The notes under the pieces are model-generated. The model made no database searches. It was not told the origin of the DNA and saw only the letters and a list, made by a program, of their open reading frames with translations. A DNA stretch of 64,000 nucleotides from Dudresnaya verticillata. Lineage: Eukaryota. The stretch is taken from the NCBI GenBank assembly GCA_977862235.1, contig OZ374561.1, forward strand, positions 1,054,001-1,118,000, in the 5' to 3' direction. Every line of letters starts with the position of its first letter. Position 1 is the stretch's first letter. This document shows, piece after piece, positions 1-12,097 of the stretch. The position numbers and the translations under genes are program-made.

Positions 1-621
1 TAGCTTGGGGTCGACCACGTAGAAGGGTTCGTCATCTCTTGTAGGGCGAGGGGACCCTTGCCCACTCCTAGGCGGAGAGGCCGGTGGAGAAAAAGGGTTT
101 CGCTGAGCACGACGCTCAGCGAGGAGGGCCTTGGCCAGTTCGCGAACCGGATCCGCTTGAGACGGCGATCGCGGAGGACGGCTCCGCACCGGCGACGGGC
201 TAGGCGCCCGTCGGTCATACCGCGCCGGTGCGTGCTCAATCAACTCAACGCGTTGGCGTAGCTCGTCGAGGAGCCCTTGGGTTCGGGTTAATCCTTCCTC
301 GACGGAGGCGAGAGTTCCGCGTCGAAGCGACTCCAGGTCACGTTGACCTTGTGCCCGCGCGTCTGCGGCTGAGGCCATGAAGGTGTCGTACACTTCCGAA
401 AATGAGTCCATCGTCCCCTCGTAGAGTAGTTGGAGGTCGGTCGCAGAGACCGCTGTCCCTCCTAGGGCCTTGGCGATAGCAGCCCTGCGCTCGATGCGCG
501 GTTCCTCTAGGGGAGCTCCTGAGACGCCGACGTTACTCAGCAAGGAAGTGCGTCGACCGCCAACTTCACCTGCCGCAGCGTCTGCCGGACCGGCAGCGGC
601 CGAAGTAGGTACCGGCGGCAT
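1..621 (-). CDS. gag: Gag N-terminus of element A (partial)
   Basis: ATG at 621 (MPPVPTSAA...) reads in frame into MDSFSEVYD at 411, identical to the gag ORF 61755-63965. Confidence 0.85.
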   Translation of the reverse strand, partial: MPPVPTSAAAGPADAAAGEVGGRRTSLLSNVGVSGAPLEEPRIERRAAIAKALGGTAVSATDLQLLYEGTMDSFSEVYDTFMASAADARAQGQRDLESLRRGTLASVEEGLTRTQGLLDELRQRVELIEHAPARYDRRAPSPSPVRSRPPRSPSQADPVRELAKALLAERRAQRNPFSPPASPPRSGQGSPRPTRDDEPFYVVDPKL

Positions 622-670
622 TCTTGGCCTCGATCGCGTCGACGCGAGAGGTGATAGGGTCTTCTGCGAC

Positions 671-688
671 TTCTAGGTCGGGAGACCA
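671..688 (-). promoter_or_regulatory. Primer-binding site TGGTCTCCCGACCTAGAA (probably tRNA-Tyr)
   Basis: Starts TGG 1 nt inside the LTR; complement ends GGGAGA-CCA; same 18-mer in elements B, C, E. Confidence 0.85.
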
Positions 689-689
689 G

Positions 690-1526
690 TGTGGCATAGA
701 CGTCAGGTCGAACTGACGTCTAGCTGCGCTGGTCGATCGGTCGCACCCAGACCCGTCGAAGGGTGGTAGCTGTGGTGGTAGAGCGGTGGTGTCGGCCGCG
801 CGCGCCGTCGACGGTCGCGGATCAACGGCGTCGAAGCCTGAGCGCGCACGGGGCGTACCGTACGCGGGCGGCAGCGGCCGGATCCCTGCGTCCCCGTCGT
901 GGGGCGGCACGAAGCCGACGGTAGGGAAAGGAAAAGGAAAGCCTAGACGGCTAGGGAAAGAGGGAAGCCGTAGGGCGAAGGACTGGGAAAGAAACCCAAA
1001 GCAGAAAGGGCAAGCCTGGCGTAGGCTGGCTTGCCTTGGTTTAATGAAGCCCAGAGGGGCGACTACTAGATATACTACAGGGCCTGCGGCGGCACCAACC
1101 CGTGAGGTGCGCCGGCGCGCCCCAACACGCGTCGACGCGTACGGGTAACGGTAACCCGGGGGCGCGCGTAGGCGGAACGGTCCACACGTACTCAACGGCT
1201 CGACGCCGGAGTGCGCGCGCGCGTGTCACGCACTCAACGGCTCGCGCCGGAGTGCGTGCGCACAGCGCGCGGGACAGCAGGGCGTTCGACCGCCGCTTAC
1301 ACTAGAGGGTGCTGTACACTTACAAAACAATAAACGTAGAAATTGCATGGGAGTTTCAGTGTCACACGCGAACGCGTGTACACGTGGGCGCCACTGCGCA
1401 CTCCCTTACAGTTCAGCGGGGCTTCGGCGCCACCGGCTGACAGCGTGCGCACAGCAGTGCACACGTGGCGCAGCTGGTCTTACAGCTGCGCGTGCGTGGC
1501 ACCGCTGGTCTTACATCTATGTGACA
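690..1526 (-). repeat. 5' LTR of element A (837 bp)
   Basis: TG...CA ends; about 9 substitutions and 2 indels versus 51710-52545 by eye. Confidence 0.95.
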
Positions 1527-1840
1527 CATGGTCTTCAGTGCGCAAACGAATGTTTGGAGTTCGTAAGATACTTTCAGGTCCTCATTGTGTGCCTTCTAAT
1601 GAAATTACTTGTCACCAGGCGCAAGGGGCGACTTTTCCAAAGGCAGTGGCATGTATTTCAAAAGACTTTCGGCAGTATGGAATGTCTAATGTAGCACTCT
1701 CACGTGTCCCGGATGACAACAATTTCGCACTGGAGAATGCAATATCGGCCGATATATTGCAGCCTGCTCCCAATATCTCCACATTCTTCGAATCGGAGTG
1801 CATGAGAAGTGAACGTTTAATCACTGATTCACACAGATAA
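1527..1840 (+). pseudogene. C-terminal Pif1-type helicase segment of Helitron/Helentron RepHel
   Basis: ITCHQAQGATF...YGMSNVALSRV resembles Pif1 motifs V-VI (TIHKSQGxT...GQxYVALSRV); frame continues from ...ELPGVICVPW at 51709. Confidence 0.85.
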
Positions 1841-1956
1841 TTACTGTCCATGATTTCAAGGACAATACCATCATGTTGTTGAATAACCACAACCGAGAGT
1901 TATCTCTGGGAAGGTGAAATGTAACCGTTGTGTGGCACACGTTGTGATAGCAGAGA

Positions 1957-2042
1957 GTGAGTCGGCATAACTATTGATAGTCAGATCTGGGTTATGCAGC
2001 GGGTGAGTCGGCATGACTATCGATAGCCAGATCTGGGTTATG
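1957..2042. repeat. Tandem duplication, 46-bp unit x about 2
   Basis: GTGAGTCGGCATRACTATYGATAGYCAGATCTGGGTTATG at 1957 and 2003. Confidence 0.9.
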
Positions 2043-2206
2043 GAAAGGCTCCCATGAGTTTGGTACAATGAGTCAATTGGGGTCATGGAATTGTTCCCGA
2101 GAGTGGCCGAAAATAGGGAAAATTTCAAACTATTATGTTGGGAAACTTCCGGGTGTCTTATGAACTATTTGTGAAGTGAGTACACTGAAAATGCTGATCG
2201 TTATCG

Positions 2207-2276
2207 TCGACGATATGCACACTGCTACCCAGATGTTGTTATCGACGATATGCACACTGATACCCAGATGTTGTTA
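2207..2276. repeat. Tandem duplication, 35-bp unit x2
   Basis: TCGACGATATGCACACTGMTACCCAGATGTTGTTA at 2207 and 2242. Confidence 0.9.
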
Positions 2277-4626
2277 CACATTATGGGACCTGATTTTCAG
2301 TGCGCCTATCAGCTTGGGCAGCTATGTACCCATTACAATACAATGGATTATACCCATTACAAACAATGGATTAGATTAATTTCAGATATGCATCGAACCA
2401 ATCACGGAAGATACCAAGCTGTTGCAATTTGCAAAAACGACCCTCCCAAATTTAATGATAATAGTACTAAAATAAAACGGCGTTCTCTTCTTTATTAGCG
2501 AATTACTACATGCGCCGTGTGACATTTTGCAGACCCAGTTCCCCTGTGAGAGCTCCGCAATTATACTGTACACTCGACCTTATTGGAGTGTACTGTGGGT
2601 TCGAAGCAGATCTTCCTCTCCAGTACTCTTGAAAGGGTCATCCCTAGCGCTACATACAGCTCGATCATTCTTTGAGAATTTCCTGCAGATGAGAAAAGAA
2701 GAAAGATAAGACAGACGCAGACCTCGGATGTTGTGGTATCACAGTGCTGTTAACGTCTGGTGTCATTCTGCAGGTCCCGTGCATCCAAGCCTATTCTGTT
2801 TTTGTTTGGACATTTATTATTGCTTCGCGCGTCCGATTGGCACCGCTTGGCATCTCCAATGTTGTGGTAGATGCTGGATATTGGCGACGCTATTCTGTTG
2901 CTGCAGGCACAGCGCGCCCGTAAGTAACATGTGACGGTCACTTCGATGCAAGTAATACCAGTTTTCGTCAAAGGCTTAACACAACTTGTTTCCCCTTGTT
3001 CTCTCAGGCCTCCTAACGCTTCAATATAATTCTAATAATGTACACTTGGAGAAGGCATGCAGTGAACTTTCCGACCTTTTATGACACCTATGACGATGTC
3101 ACGTGCGATTATAGTACATTATTCCAATGTAGGGAGCGCATTATTGCAACTTCAAGTCACCTTAACAGTTAGTTGTTACTGTATATCGGGCCACAATCAC
3201 GACAAATCACTGGGGGCCTATAGAGCTGAAGCGATTCAGAGTCCCTGACCCGGCCCCAGAGCATGTTAACCGGCAAATGGGAGAGACCAATTCTCTAATA
3301 AGAGGAAAGAAAGAGACCATTTTTTCTCTTTCTCTTAAGCCGTGCAAAGAAATTCGGAATTTGCTGCACTCCTTGACCCAAACCGATTCCAATCTCGTCT
3401 GTGCAACACCTTGCTCGGTCCTGGCAGGTGCAAAATTCGACCCATTCCCACAAAGTGACTTAGAGATTAAAAGAAGGCTGCACTGAACAAATGGTGCTTG
3501 CTGCTAGAGCAAAAAGTGCGGGCTGTTTGCCTTATTAGACAGCATGCTACAGTCTGTCCTAATCCCGTGATGCAATTGAGTCTTATAGAGATGTCGATAA
3601 GAATGTGGAGAGAAATCGAGAGGAGAGGCAAAATTGTGTTATGCTTTATTGCGTGTTTATCGTGCAATGTTGCGCGGGCGACTTAAAGGCCCGTTTGCAG
3701 GCGGTTGCCCTACCAGCAAAAATTGTGGTAGCGACCTGTTCCCGTTGTAGAGGCAGCGCAGTTTGTGTAGTTTGACCCGGAATTACTAAGTCTAGAAGAA
3801 CGGCACTCTGCTGCGGCAAGAAAACGTTTGCTCCTGACGGACTGTAACATGGCCTGCGAGCGCCCGCCCGGCAGGCTATACGTTCACCAGGACGAGCTGG
3901 CCTGGGAGGAGATCGCAGCTATTATTACAGGCTCTAGCCGTGCCCAGAAATCCCATACAGCCCAATGCCCCAATGCCGTCCTGGCCGGTGAGCGGGTTGG
4001 CAAGCGGCTGCAACAGCACGAGCGCACAGCACGCGCGGAGGCGGATGTGCTTCTGACGGCGCTCACGATGTCGCAACGCGGTGGATGAGCCGAAGGGACC
4101 TGTAACAACCCAGAAGCCTGAGCAGCCCGGCATCAACAGTACTGTGACGCCTTATTTGAGGCTTCAAGCAATGCTTCCTTTGGGTACAGCACAACTTAGC
4201 GGCGGCGCGTTACGTACGTCGGGCCTGTTGAAAGAATAAACTGTATGTGGGTTGCAATCTTACCGATCCTTTTCTTTCTTCTGCATAACATGTTAGATGC
4301 TTTATTAGATGCCACAACTCATCCGGTACTGGGAGACCTCATACTGTACTTGTGCGATGCTGCCAAACTGAGTGTGACTCTCAGTGCCAATGCAAAAAAG
4401 GGTATTTACCAAGGGTTGCATGCCGAAGCAGCCTTGGTAGCTAGGCAAGATCCTACGCTGCTCGTGCTCGACCGCGCTTCTCTGCTCCCTGCTCTTCAAA
4501 CTATGCTCTCAAGTCCTCCAAGCCAGTCCCTCGACTTGTGTTCCCCACCGTAGCCCTCGGGATAAATCTCCCCCTCACAACTAGACACAGATAAAGTTCC
4601 ACAGTAAAGTCCACAAAGTCTACATC

Positions 4627-5181
4627 CAGGGCTGTCGTGCGATTAATTGCAATAGCAATATATTGCAATATACAATAGCAATGACATATTGCGTTGCTGA
4701 TAGCAAATTGCAATACTTATTGCAGTGACATTGTATATTGCAATACCTATTGGGTTGAGTAGTAATATTGGAAGCCCTATTGCTAGATTCAGTAGACGAT
4801 AAGCATATGTGTGGTTTTGTGGGGGAGCGGCATCTGTAGTGCTGGATCCTGAGAATACAGCGTTTTCTAGCCCCATGCTGTAAGTTACATCTTACCAAAC
4901 CCTTGCTATCACTAACATGTTGTCAGGTCTGCTTTTATCGTTCTGCAGGCTCATAAAACAACATTGCATTACACAAACATTAATATGGATATCCATGCTT
5001 TCTTCTCACGATCTAAGTCTATTGCTAACTTATTGCACCAAGTAGGCATATATTGCAGATGTTATTGGGGCGTGATGGCGGCTTTATTGCAATATATTGC
5101 TGAAGGGCGAGCATTGGTGCAACATATTGCTTATTGCATTTTTGGGAGCAATAATTTGCAATGTTATTGCTTGCAGCCCTG
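4627..5181. mobile_element. Non-autonomous TIR element (hAT-like MITE), degraded
   Basis: Ends CAGGGCTG...CAGCCCTG; dense subterminal TATTGC/GCAATA repeats at both ends; no clean TSD. Confidence 0.6.
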
Positions 5182-8135
5182 TTAGATGTAGACTACATCT
5201 AGTCATTCACGGACGTTCTAAGCTCACTTTTTAACCAATGTTCGCGCTCGCGTCTCTAAAGACCCTTTACCCTTAAAGTTACGTTTACGCTCGTGGCACC
5301 CATGTGGTGTTTTTCAATTATAGCGTGGTCTTTGCCAGTATTGAACTTGAAATATACGTAAAAGTGCTATTGTTTCCGCTTCATGTATGTCACATCAATC
5401 ATATGCCCTGTTCTGGACTCCGGAAGAGAGCAAGGATAAGGTTTACTACTTGCGCGTTGATCCAGTTTCTTCCTGTTTGTGATTTGACGCAGCTTTATGT
5501 TTAGTTTTAAGCCGTTAAAAGCATCATTCGCTGCTCACGTTTGTCTAAATGATGCTGCAAATATAGGCACCCATCAACGTTCGGTGCACGGCAAGAAAAC
5601 GCACACTCAGACTGGCGCACCGCTCGTAACTGGTAATGCCTTGTCCTCCGCCTCCACTCGTCATTCCATTACATCTATCTGCGATTTCCCTGTCGCTACA
5701 GTAGCCCCGAGAAAACGAGCTCTATTCCGAACCTACATCTGGATTTTCAGCGATCTGAGACAGAGAGATGGGGAACTTTATAAGATAGTAACTAGGCACC
5801 CTACAAGGCACCTTCTTGTCTACGATCATGAAGGCAGATATGATGCCGGCTCACGGCGAGGGCTTGGTAGCGGAGGAGGAGGGTGACCAGAGCACAGCAG
5901 ACCCCACCCCGAGCGACCAAGCTACCGTATTCACTACGATTGCTATTATCCACTGTATGCTTTACTCACTTTACCACATTCTTCGCTACCTACTAGCGCT
6001 CTACATAGTACCGCCGGTAGGGTCCATTAATGACATTATTCTTTATGAGAGATTTTATTAGTGCCATCTGTCCAGGGGTAATGGCCCATGACCCACGGAG
6101 TCGCATCGCAGCTTGGATATCCTTGTCTAACAGCATGAAAGAAGTCAGATCCTTCACTATACTAGTGGTAGTTCTAGTAGCAATCGGATCACTGTGTTTG
6201 CTGGATAACGCGAACGTGACGCGAAAAGAATGACTTCGGCTGATGAAGGAGGGTCTGGTGAGGACAGGGTTGCTTTGTTAATGTTTACCAAGAAGAATAC
6301 ATGTCAGCAAGCTATACCGAGAGGTTGGAAGCATTCTGAAGATCTATTGGTGATGTTCTTCATTGGCTGTTTAGAGTGGTCCTACGCAGGCTATATTGAT
6401 ATGTGCCGGGATGCTGTATTGAATTCAATACAATCACTGACAGTGGAACACAACTTTTGAGGTACTTGACTGCATAATGTCAACAATCCACTCTTCCAGT
6501 CAGAAGTGCTGGCGGCGTTAATATTGACACATATCATTGGGGTAAAGGTTATGAAACGTAATTGAGCTACAGTGCGATGATTCAATTTTAATGTGTTGTT
6601 TATGGTGGTTCTACGCGGGCGACAAGGGCCCAGTAGTAGGCACACCAGCCCAGAGGGCCAAGGTAGCGTTACTTAGTATCGTTACAAAGCAAACTGCTGG
6701 GGGTGTTACTGGGTCGGAGAGTGGGAGGAGGGGGGCGACAGGTATAAACACCTTCTCCTCTCGGATTTATTGCCACTGTGTTGTATCTCAATGTAACTTG
6801 TCAGTGCTAAGACCTCTGCCCTCTTCTCTCCTTGAGTGGAAGACGAGCAGAGCTTTATATAACCGGAGTTGCCTACCATGTGTAGACTACTCTCCAGCTT
6901 CGCACGTGAACACACCCGCGGGACTCGATCCCACGACCTCCATGGCGGACCAAGCAAAAAGAAACCACTAAGCTATTGCCGCTTCAGTGTGGCTTTGCTT
7001 GGTGTAGTGCTGTGATGCTCCCTACTTAACATCCTACCTCAGTAGGTATCTACATAACCAATTCCAAAGACAGGTAGAGAACTCGAGTAGAAGAAACTGT
7101 GGTTTAATGAACAATGTTTTCCCAATCTCCTTGGTGCTAAGGACGAAAAGTTCTGGATTTTTGCAGAAAGCTCCTCTCATAAGCCCGCGAGTTGTCCAGA
7201 CTTTACCTCATCGTGTCGATGGTTGCGCCGTACCGTAGCTCTACGATTTTTCCTACTGGGTTTCTATCAAAGCATAGGGCGTAGAACATTATGCGCGCGG
7301 AAAAGGCTGCACAGTCAGCAAGACTCTCAGGGTTGTATGAGATTTTCGAGATACATTCATCAGTTTCGATGCAGAACTATACGGAAGGTTACGGCTAGTC
7401 AATCCAACAATTCATAGCCTCGAGTGCGATGCTGTGTACGGAATGACAGACGATTTTTCGATGCAACAAAGTCGTACAAATGCTACTCTTCTGGTGCTGC
7501 TTGATTACCACTGCTCAGTCTCAGAGGAGGATCCTCGGCACAGTGGCTGTCGACGGTTCCCCCTCCACACATGCCGCTGAGGAGCGACAAGGCGAAGAAG
7601 CTGAAGGTTCTCTCAAGCCTCCGCTCCATCTGCAGGAAATTTTTCTAAGAAGAGCCTTGTGTTGGCGGCAGTGGACAATCATTCGCGCTTATGGGTCCAT
7701 CTCTTGACACGCATGTTACACAAATAAGCATACCCGGGGGAAGAAAAAAAAGAGGCGAGCCATGGTGGAAACACTGTTTTGCTTTCACACCCGCTTTTAA
7801 ACTGATACTACGCGAGGACCCAGCAGTGGAAGGTTCGATCGTTGTCCTCATGGCATAGCCAGTGCAAGTCCCAGGGTCTCCCGCATTCATAATGCCAACA
7901 ACGCTGGTGCAATAATTCTTTCGGATAACGCTATGCTATGCTTTGCTCTCAAACTGTCTTACCTTACAGGTTTCCCTCTACGCCTACCTCAAGTGAAGCG
8001 ACAAAAACTTCTTTGTGCCCTACGTGAATGCCATAGTGGCGGCCCCAACAACTAGAACCAACCTGCACATCCTGCAACAGCAGAATCTGTTGAATCACAA
8101 GGCAGCGTAGCAACCAAGCAACTTCGATATCCAAC

Positions 8136-9782
8136 ATGATTTCTGTAATTCTCACCTTTATCCTGCTGCACCTGGCCACCGTACTAGCTGACTGCCCACC
8201 GGGCTCTTATCAAAGCATTTCGTCAGGCTGTGTTGAATGTCCTGCAGGTACTTCCAATTCATTTCCAGGTGCTCTAGGACCAGATTTATGCCGAGACTGC
8301 CCCGCCAACACTTTTAGCTTGTCTGGTTCATCTAAATGCCAGCCATGCCCTCCCGGCCAGATCTCTGAGCAAGCCGCATCAACATGCTTGGTGTGCCCGC
8401 CAGGGAAAGAGCTCAACTTCCGCTCCTGTGAACGATGTGCGAAGGGGTTTTATAGCGACCAGCCGACTAACTTGGACTGCCTGCCATGTCCGCCCGGAAC
8501 GACGACGAAGAAGACAGGAGCAAAGTCCAAGAATGCCTGCCGTCCCACCCCGACCCCCAGCTGTGTTGTTGAAGGCAAAGCCTGTGATGACTGTGATGCC
8601 GGTGAGTTCTACAACTTTGAAACTCAGAGTTGTGAATCTTGCCCTTCTGGAACATTCTCGAGTAGTCGTCGCTCCGTGAAATGTACCCCTTGCCCGCCGG
8701 GAACGTTTGCAAAGCATTCGTTCTCAACAGAATGTACGCCATGTGCAAACGGGAGAGTTGCCCCAGAGCCCGGCAGCGTCATCTGCCGATTCGCCGGCTT
8801 TCCTTGTCCATCTAACTACTTTGAGGACAAGATGGGTCGCTGCAACACCTGCAAACCAGGTTTCCGCCTAGACAAGAGCAAGAAATTATGTAAGCCGTGC
8901 AAAGGGAACAAGTGGAGCAATGGTGGTAACGTAACAAAATGCTTCCGATGTGGCAAGGGCCGAGTTGTGGTACCTAGCCTTAACGATTGTCTTTGCAAAC
9001 CAGGACGTTTCCCAGCGGTAGATGGGCGTTGTGCAAAGTGTCCACGAGGGACGAGACGACAAAGTGCGTCGAGCAATCCTGTATGTGAGCGCTGCTTCTT
9101 CGGATCTGTTGGGAAGAAGAAAGGTTTATCGGAGTGCACAGTATGTCCAAAAGGGAGCTTCCAGCCAAAGGAAGGTCAGAAGAAATGCTTACCATGTCCA
9201 AATGGAACGGTGCAGAAACCGTTTTCGTTCGGAAGATCATGCGTCTCGACCAAGACAAACTGTCCTCTTGGATTCAAGCGGGTTCAGATCAATGCGAATT
9301 CGTTCCGCTGCGACCAGAGGCCCTGCCCGGCAGGCACTTTTGAGCAAGACGTAGGAAACGGACCCGTATGTGCAACCTGCTTCCCAGGACAGCGCTTTGT
9401 GCCGGAAACTGGAAGGTGCCTGGAGTGCGGAGACAGAGATATCAGTCCCGGTGGGCTTACAACTTCCTGTACACGTTGTCCGAACGGACTGTTTAGGTAC
9501 AGACCTGAAGGAGATAACTGCCGGTGCGTAAATGCTGGGTACGGACTCGAGAATGGAGAGTGTAAGCTGTGTCCACCAGGAACGTTCTCAGTTTACTATA
9601 AGGACTTCTGCACACCTTGTCCAGTAGGCACTTTCGCTGCTAGAGCGGGAACTTACCTGGGGTGCACAGCATGTCCGAAGAACACGTTTACGGACCAGGC
9701 TGGTTCGAGTTCTTGTAAGCCATGCCCAGCTGGGAGGATTAGCTACGGGGTGCAGGAAAATAGCTGTGTTGGGAAGATATAG
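8136..9782 (+). CDS. Secreted cysteine-rich repeat protein (GCC2/GCC3, ephrin-receptor-like repeats), 548 aa
   Basis: Signal peptide MISVILTFILLHLATVLA; many CxxCPxG(T/S)F units; single uninterrupted ORF; no TM segment seen. Confidence 0.9.
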   Translation: MISVILTFILLHLATVLADCPPGSYQSISSGCVECPAGTSNSFPGALGPDLCRDCPANTFSLSGSSKCQPCPPGQISEQAASTCLVCPPGKELNFRSCERCAKGFYSDQPTNLDCLPCPPGTTTKKTGAKSKNACRPTPTPSCVVEGKACDDCDAGEFYNFETQSCESCPSGTFSSSRRSVKCTPCPPGTFAKHSFSTECTPCANGRVAPEPGSVICRFAGFPCPSNYFEDKMGRCNTCKPGFRLDKSKKLCKPCKGNKWSNGGNVTKCFRCGKGRVVVPSLNDCLCKPGRFPAVDGRCAKCPRGTRRQSASSNPVCERCFFGSVGKKKGLSECTVCPKGSFQPKEGQKKCLPCPNGTVQKPFSFGRSCVSTKTNCPLGFKRVQINANSFRCDQRPCPAGTFEQDVGNGPVCATCFPGQRFVPETGRCLECGDRDISPGGLTTSCTRCPNGLFRYRPEGDNCRCVNAGYGLENGECKLCPPGTFSVYYKDFCTPCPVGTFAARAGTYLGCTACPKNTFTDQAGSSSCKPCPAGRISYGVQENSCVGKI

Positions 9783-11212
9783 CTGAACAGGGAGCTCCTC
9801 GTCCGAATACATAGAGAGCGTTAGCCACTATCCACTAAACAATGAGTACTAATCGTGCAAGTATACTTCACGTTGATCATCACAAGGACGTGAGCCGTCC
9901 GTAGAGGGATTTCAATACTGTAGCAGAATATGTCATCTCTCGCTCCTGGGAGAAGGCTTTGTCAGGTACTGGTGACTGAGAAAAGGTTGACAAAAAGGAT
10001 AGCCGACAAACATCAACACCGCAATGTCAGGCTTAAGGTGATGAAAGAATCAGGAAAGAGGCGTTTGATGCTGAGGCTTCAAAGGCTGGAGAGCAATCGA
10101 ATATACGTATACGGTTCCTATTCATTGACAGGAAGAGAGGAAAAAAGAATGAAGAAGGCAACAGCAACAGGACGAGGCAAAGGTGATACTGTGATGGTAA
10201 ACATTTACTAATTGTTTAGGGCGGTGCCGCACGGGCAACTACAGTAAGACCCATCAGCAGGCGCACCAGCACAAAATGCTGTACAGTACTGTGCGCTATC
10301 ACAGGAGTACAATAAGATACCACTCCAATTTCTGAAGAATCTCGACAAGTGAATGTCTCGTACAGTATACTGTTCCAAACATCAAAGGCACTAGTCAAGC
10401 CTCATCATAGCCATAAGTACGGCACTTTTACAGGCAGTTAGCTGGAGGGTTGCGTCTACAGCTCGAAGAGTCAGATGACAGGGTCTGGCAGTCAAGCCGC
10501 AGTTCGTTTGGCTTTTGACGTGCATCTATGCCAAACTCTAACATACTCCTGGGTACCACACTGTCCGCGAACGCCAAAAAACAACTTCAACAACAACACA
10601 TCGATCTGCACTCTGCTTAACACACGCCATGGTTACGGGTACAGTATTTGCTGTTGTGTTGGCGTAAATTACCTTCGTCGCTGGCTCGAAATGCCTGGAG
10701 TTCAGATTGTAACGCGGGTCTGTGCGGAAACATGTCTGCGTTATCATCTGAAATTTCCGGTACAAGAGAAACCGGGACCCGTTTGTTTCATGTTCACTGA
10801 TGAAAGCAAGCGACTAGATTAGTCCCTTCTCACCTTGTTCACTAACTACATGCTTTGCCGACCATCTTATCTTAATTTCTGCGTCATTAATCTTAGGAAC
10901 AAGAAGTTTAATCAATAACAAGGAGTCCAGTCCGCTGACTCCAGGAAGGCAGAATTGAAACTCCTATCGTTAAAGGAAGGGGCTATACGAAGCCCTGTGA
11001 GGTAGGTTACTACCAGCAAACTTCGAACAGCGCTTATTAGCTGAAAGCACTCGACAGTCAATGGGGCGAGTGACGAAGTGTAGCCTGCAGCTTGCTCAGA
11101 CTCTAGATAAGTTGAGCATGTGACATCAGAGCACAACACAAAAATCTTTTGGGATGTGATGGTCTCGGGATTCTCTGCATGTCGGGCCAACTACTCAGAT
11201 GTGTTGCTCTGA

Positions 11213-11452
11213 CTAGTAGCTGTAGCACAGGAAAGATTTGTAAAGCGACAGGCAAATGCCTGATGAACCGGTGCCTCCCGAAACACAGCAAATATAAGGG
11301 CCCGTGCAATCTTCGTCAGTGTAGCAACTAATCTTGGCGGCAACGTTGTCGAGGTCCACCTTCGAAGCGTCTACTGCCGGTTCCTTGGTGATCACTGTCG
11401 CAGCAGAAATGGTGAACAGGACAGCCATGAACAAAGTCGAGAAGCGAAACAT
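11213..11452 (-). CDS. Small secreted cysteine-rich peptide precursor, 79 aa, knottin-like C-C-CC-C-C pattern
   Basis: MFRFSTLFMAVLFTISAA signal, acidic pro-region, then C-x5-C-x5-CC-x10-C-x8-C; TATA box upstream. Confidence 0.75.
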   Translation of the reverse strand: MFRFSTLFMAVLFTISAATVITKEPAVDASKVDLDNVAAKISCYTDEDCTGPYICCVSGGTGSSGICLSLYKSFLCYSY

Positions 11453-11543
11453 AGTTGCTGTGTTTGTTTGCAAGGTAGAGGTCAGCCGTTGGTTTGACAG
11501 TAAGGAATGGGCTTCGGAGTGTGCGTACGCGTAGGTGGTGTAC

Positions 11544-11551
11544 TTTATATA
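11544..11551 (-). promoter_or_regulatory. TATA box (TATATAAA) of the peptide gene
   Basis: About 92 bp upstream of the ATG at 11452 on the same strand. Confidence 0.55.
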
Positions 11552-11875
11552 CGTTTTGGAAAGACCAATCGGTGCTTTGAAACAGTCGCTGGGGGGTACT
11601 TTGACATGTGCTGCAGCACAGAGTAGGCGAACAGATTATTACTTGCGACAGGCGCTCTCCTGTTACACTTCCCTACGGCTGCCATTGGCACTCTTATTGG
11701 CATACCTCTGGGATCTCGAAATCTCGGACAGAATCGATCGCAACACCAAAGGAGCCAATGCGCTTCTATGTGCAAAAAAGACTACAGCAGTTTCGTAAGT
11801 TATTATACAAGACCGTGCGGCGGGGCGCCGTACTAATTTGCGGAGCTCTTGCTGATTTCCTTTGGAGAGATTTTA

Positions 11876-12097
11876 CGTCAGGTGTAGACCGCAGGTTTAT
11901 GCAGATGAAACAGCATGCAATATATAGCAAGGCCGGCCACAATGCATCGTCACTGTCATGTGGCGTGCGCGCCGCGTATGGATCGGCTCCGTGATCCGAT
12001 TTGATCCGTTCGCATCGCCGCCGTCGCTTGCGCGGTCAAGTTAAGAGATCGGTTCGGGTGGCGACTGAGTGCCCCTCTTGGCATGCCTCTCTCTTTC
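11876..12097 (+). repeat. Direct repeat A1 of the YR element
   Basis: Matches 47182-47403 with 3 mismatches. Confidence 0.95.

Larger units (their letters stand above)
1..1526 (-). mobile_element. Ty3/gypsy LTR retrotransposon family A, 5' end (5' LTR, PBS, gag start); runs off the left edge
   Basis: LTR 690-1526 matches 51710-52545; PBS at 671-688; 1-446 identical to 63555-64000; right flank CATGG (1527-1531). Confidence 0.95.

Noticed and set aside
2568..2593. Hairpin GTACACTC-N10-GAGTGTAC as Helitron 3' terminator
   Set aside because: No CTRR end or matching subterminal repeat nearby; the Helitron right end cannot be placed
2700..8100. Short ORFs such as 3828-4088, 4245-4553, 6230-6460, 6591-6971
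   Set aside because: No recognisable motifs; could be decayed sequence but not supportable
11149..11331. Cys-rich plus-strand ORF
   Set aside because: Antisense shadow of the peptide gene; TTG start and no signal peptide
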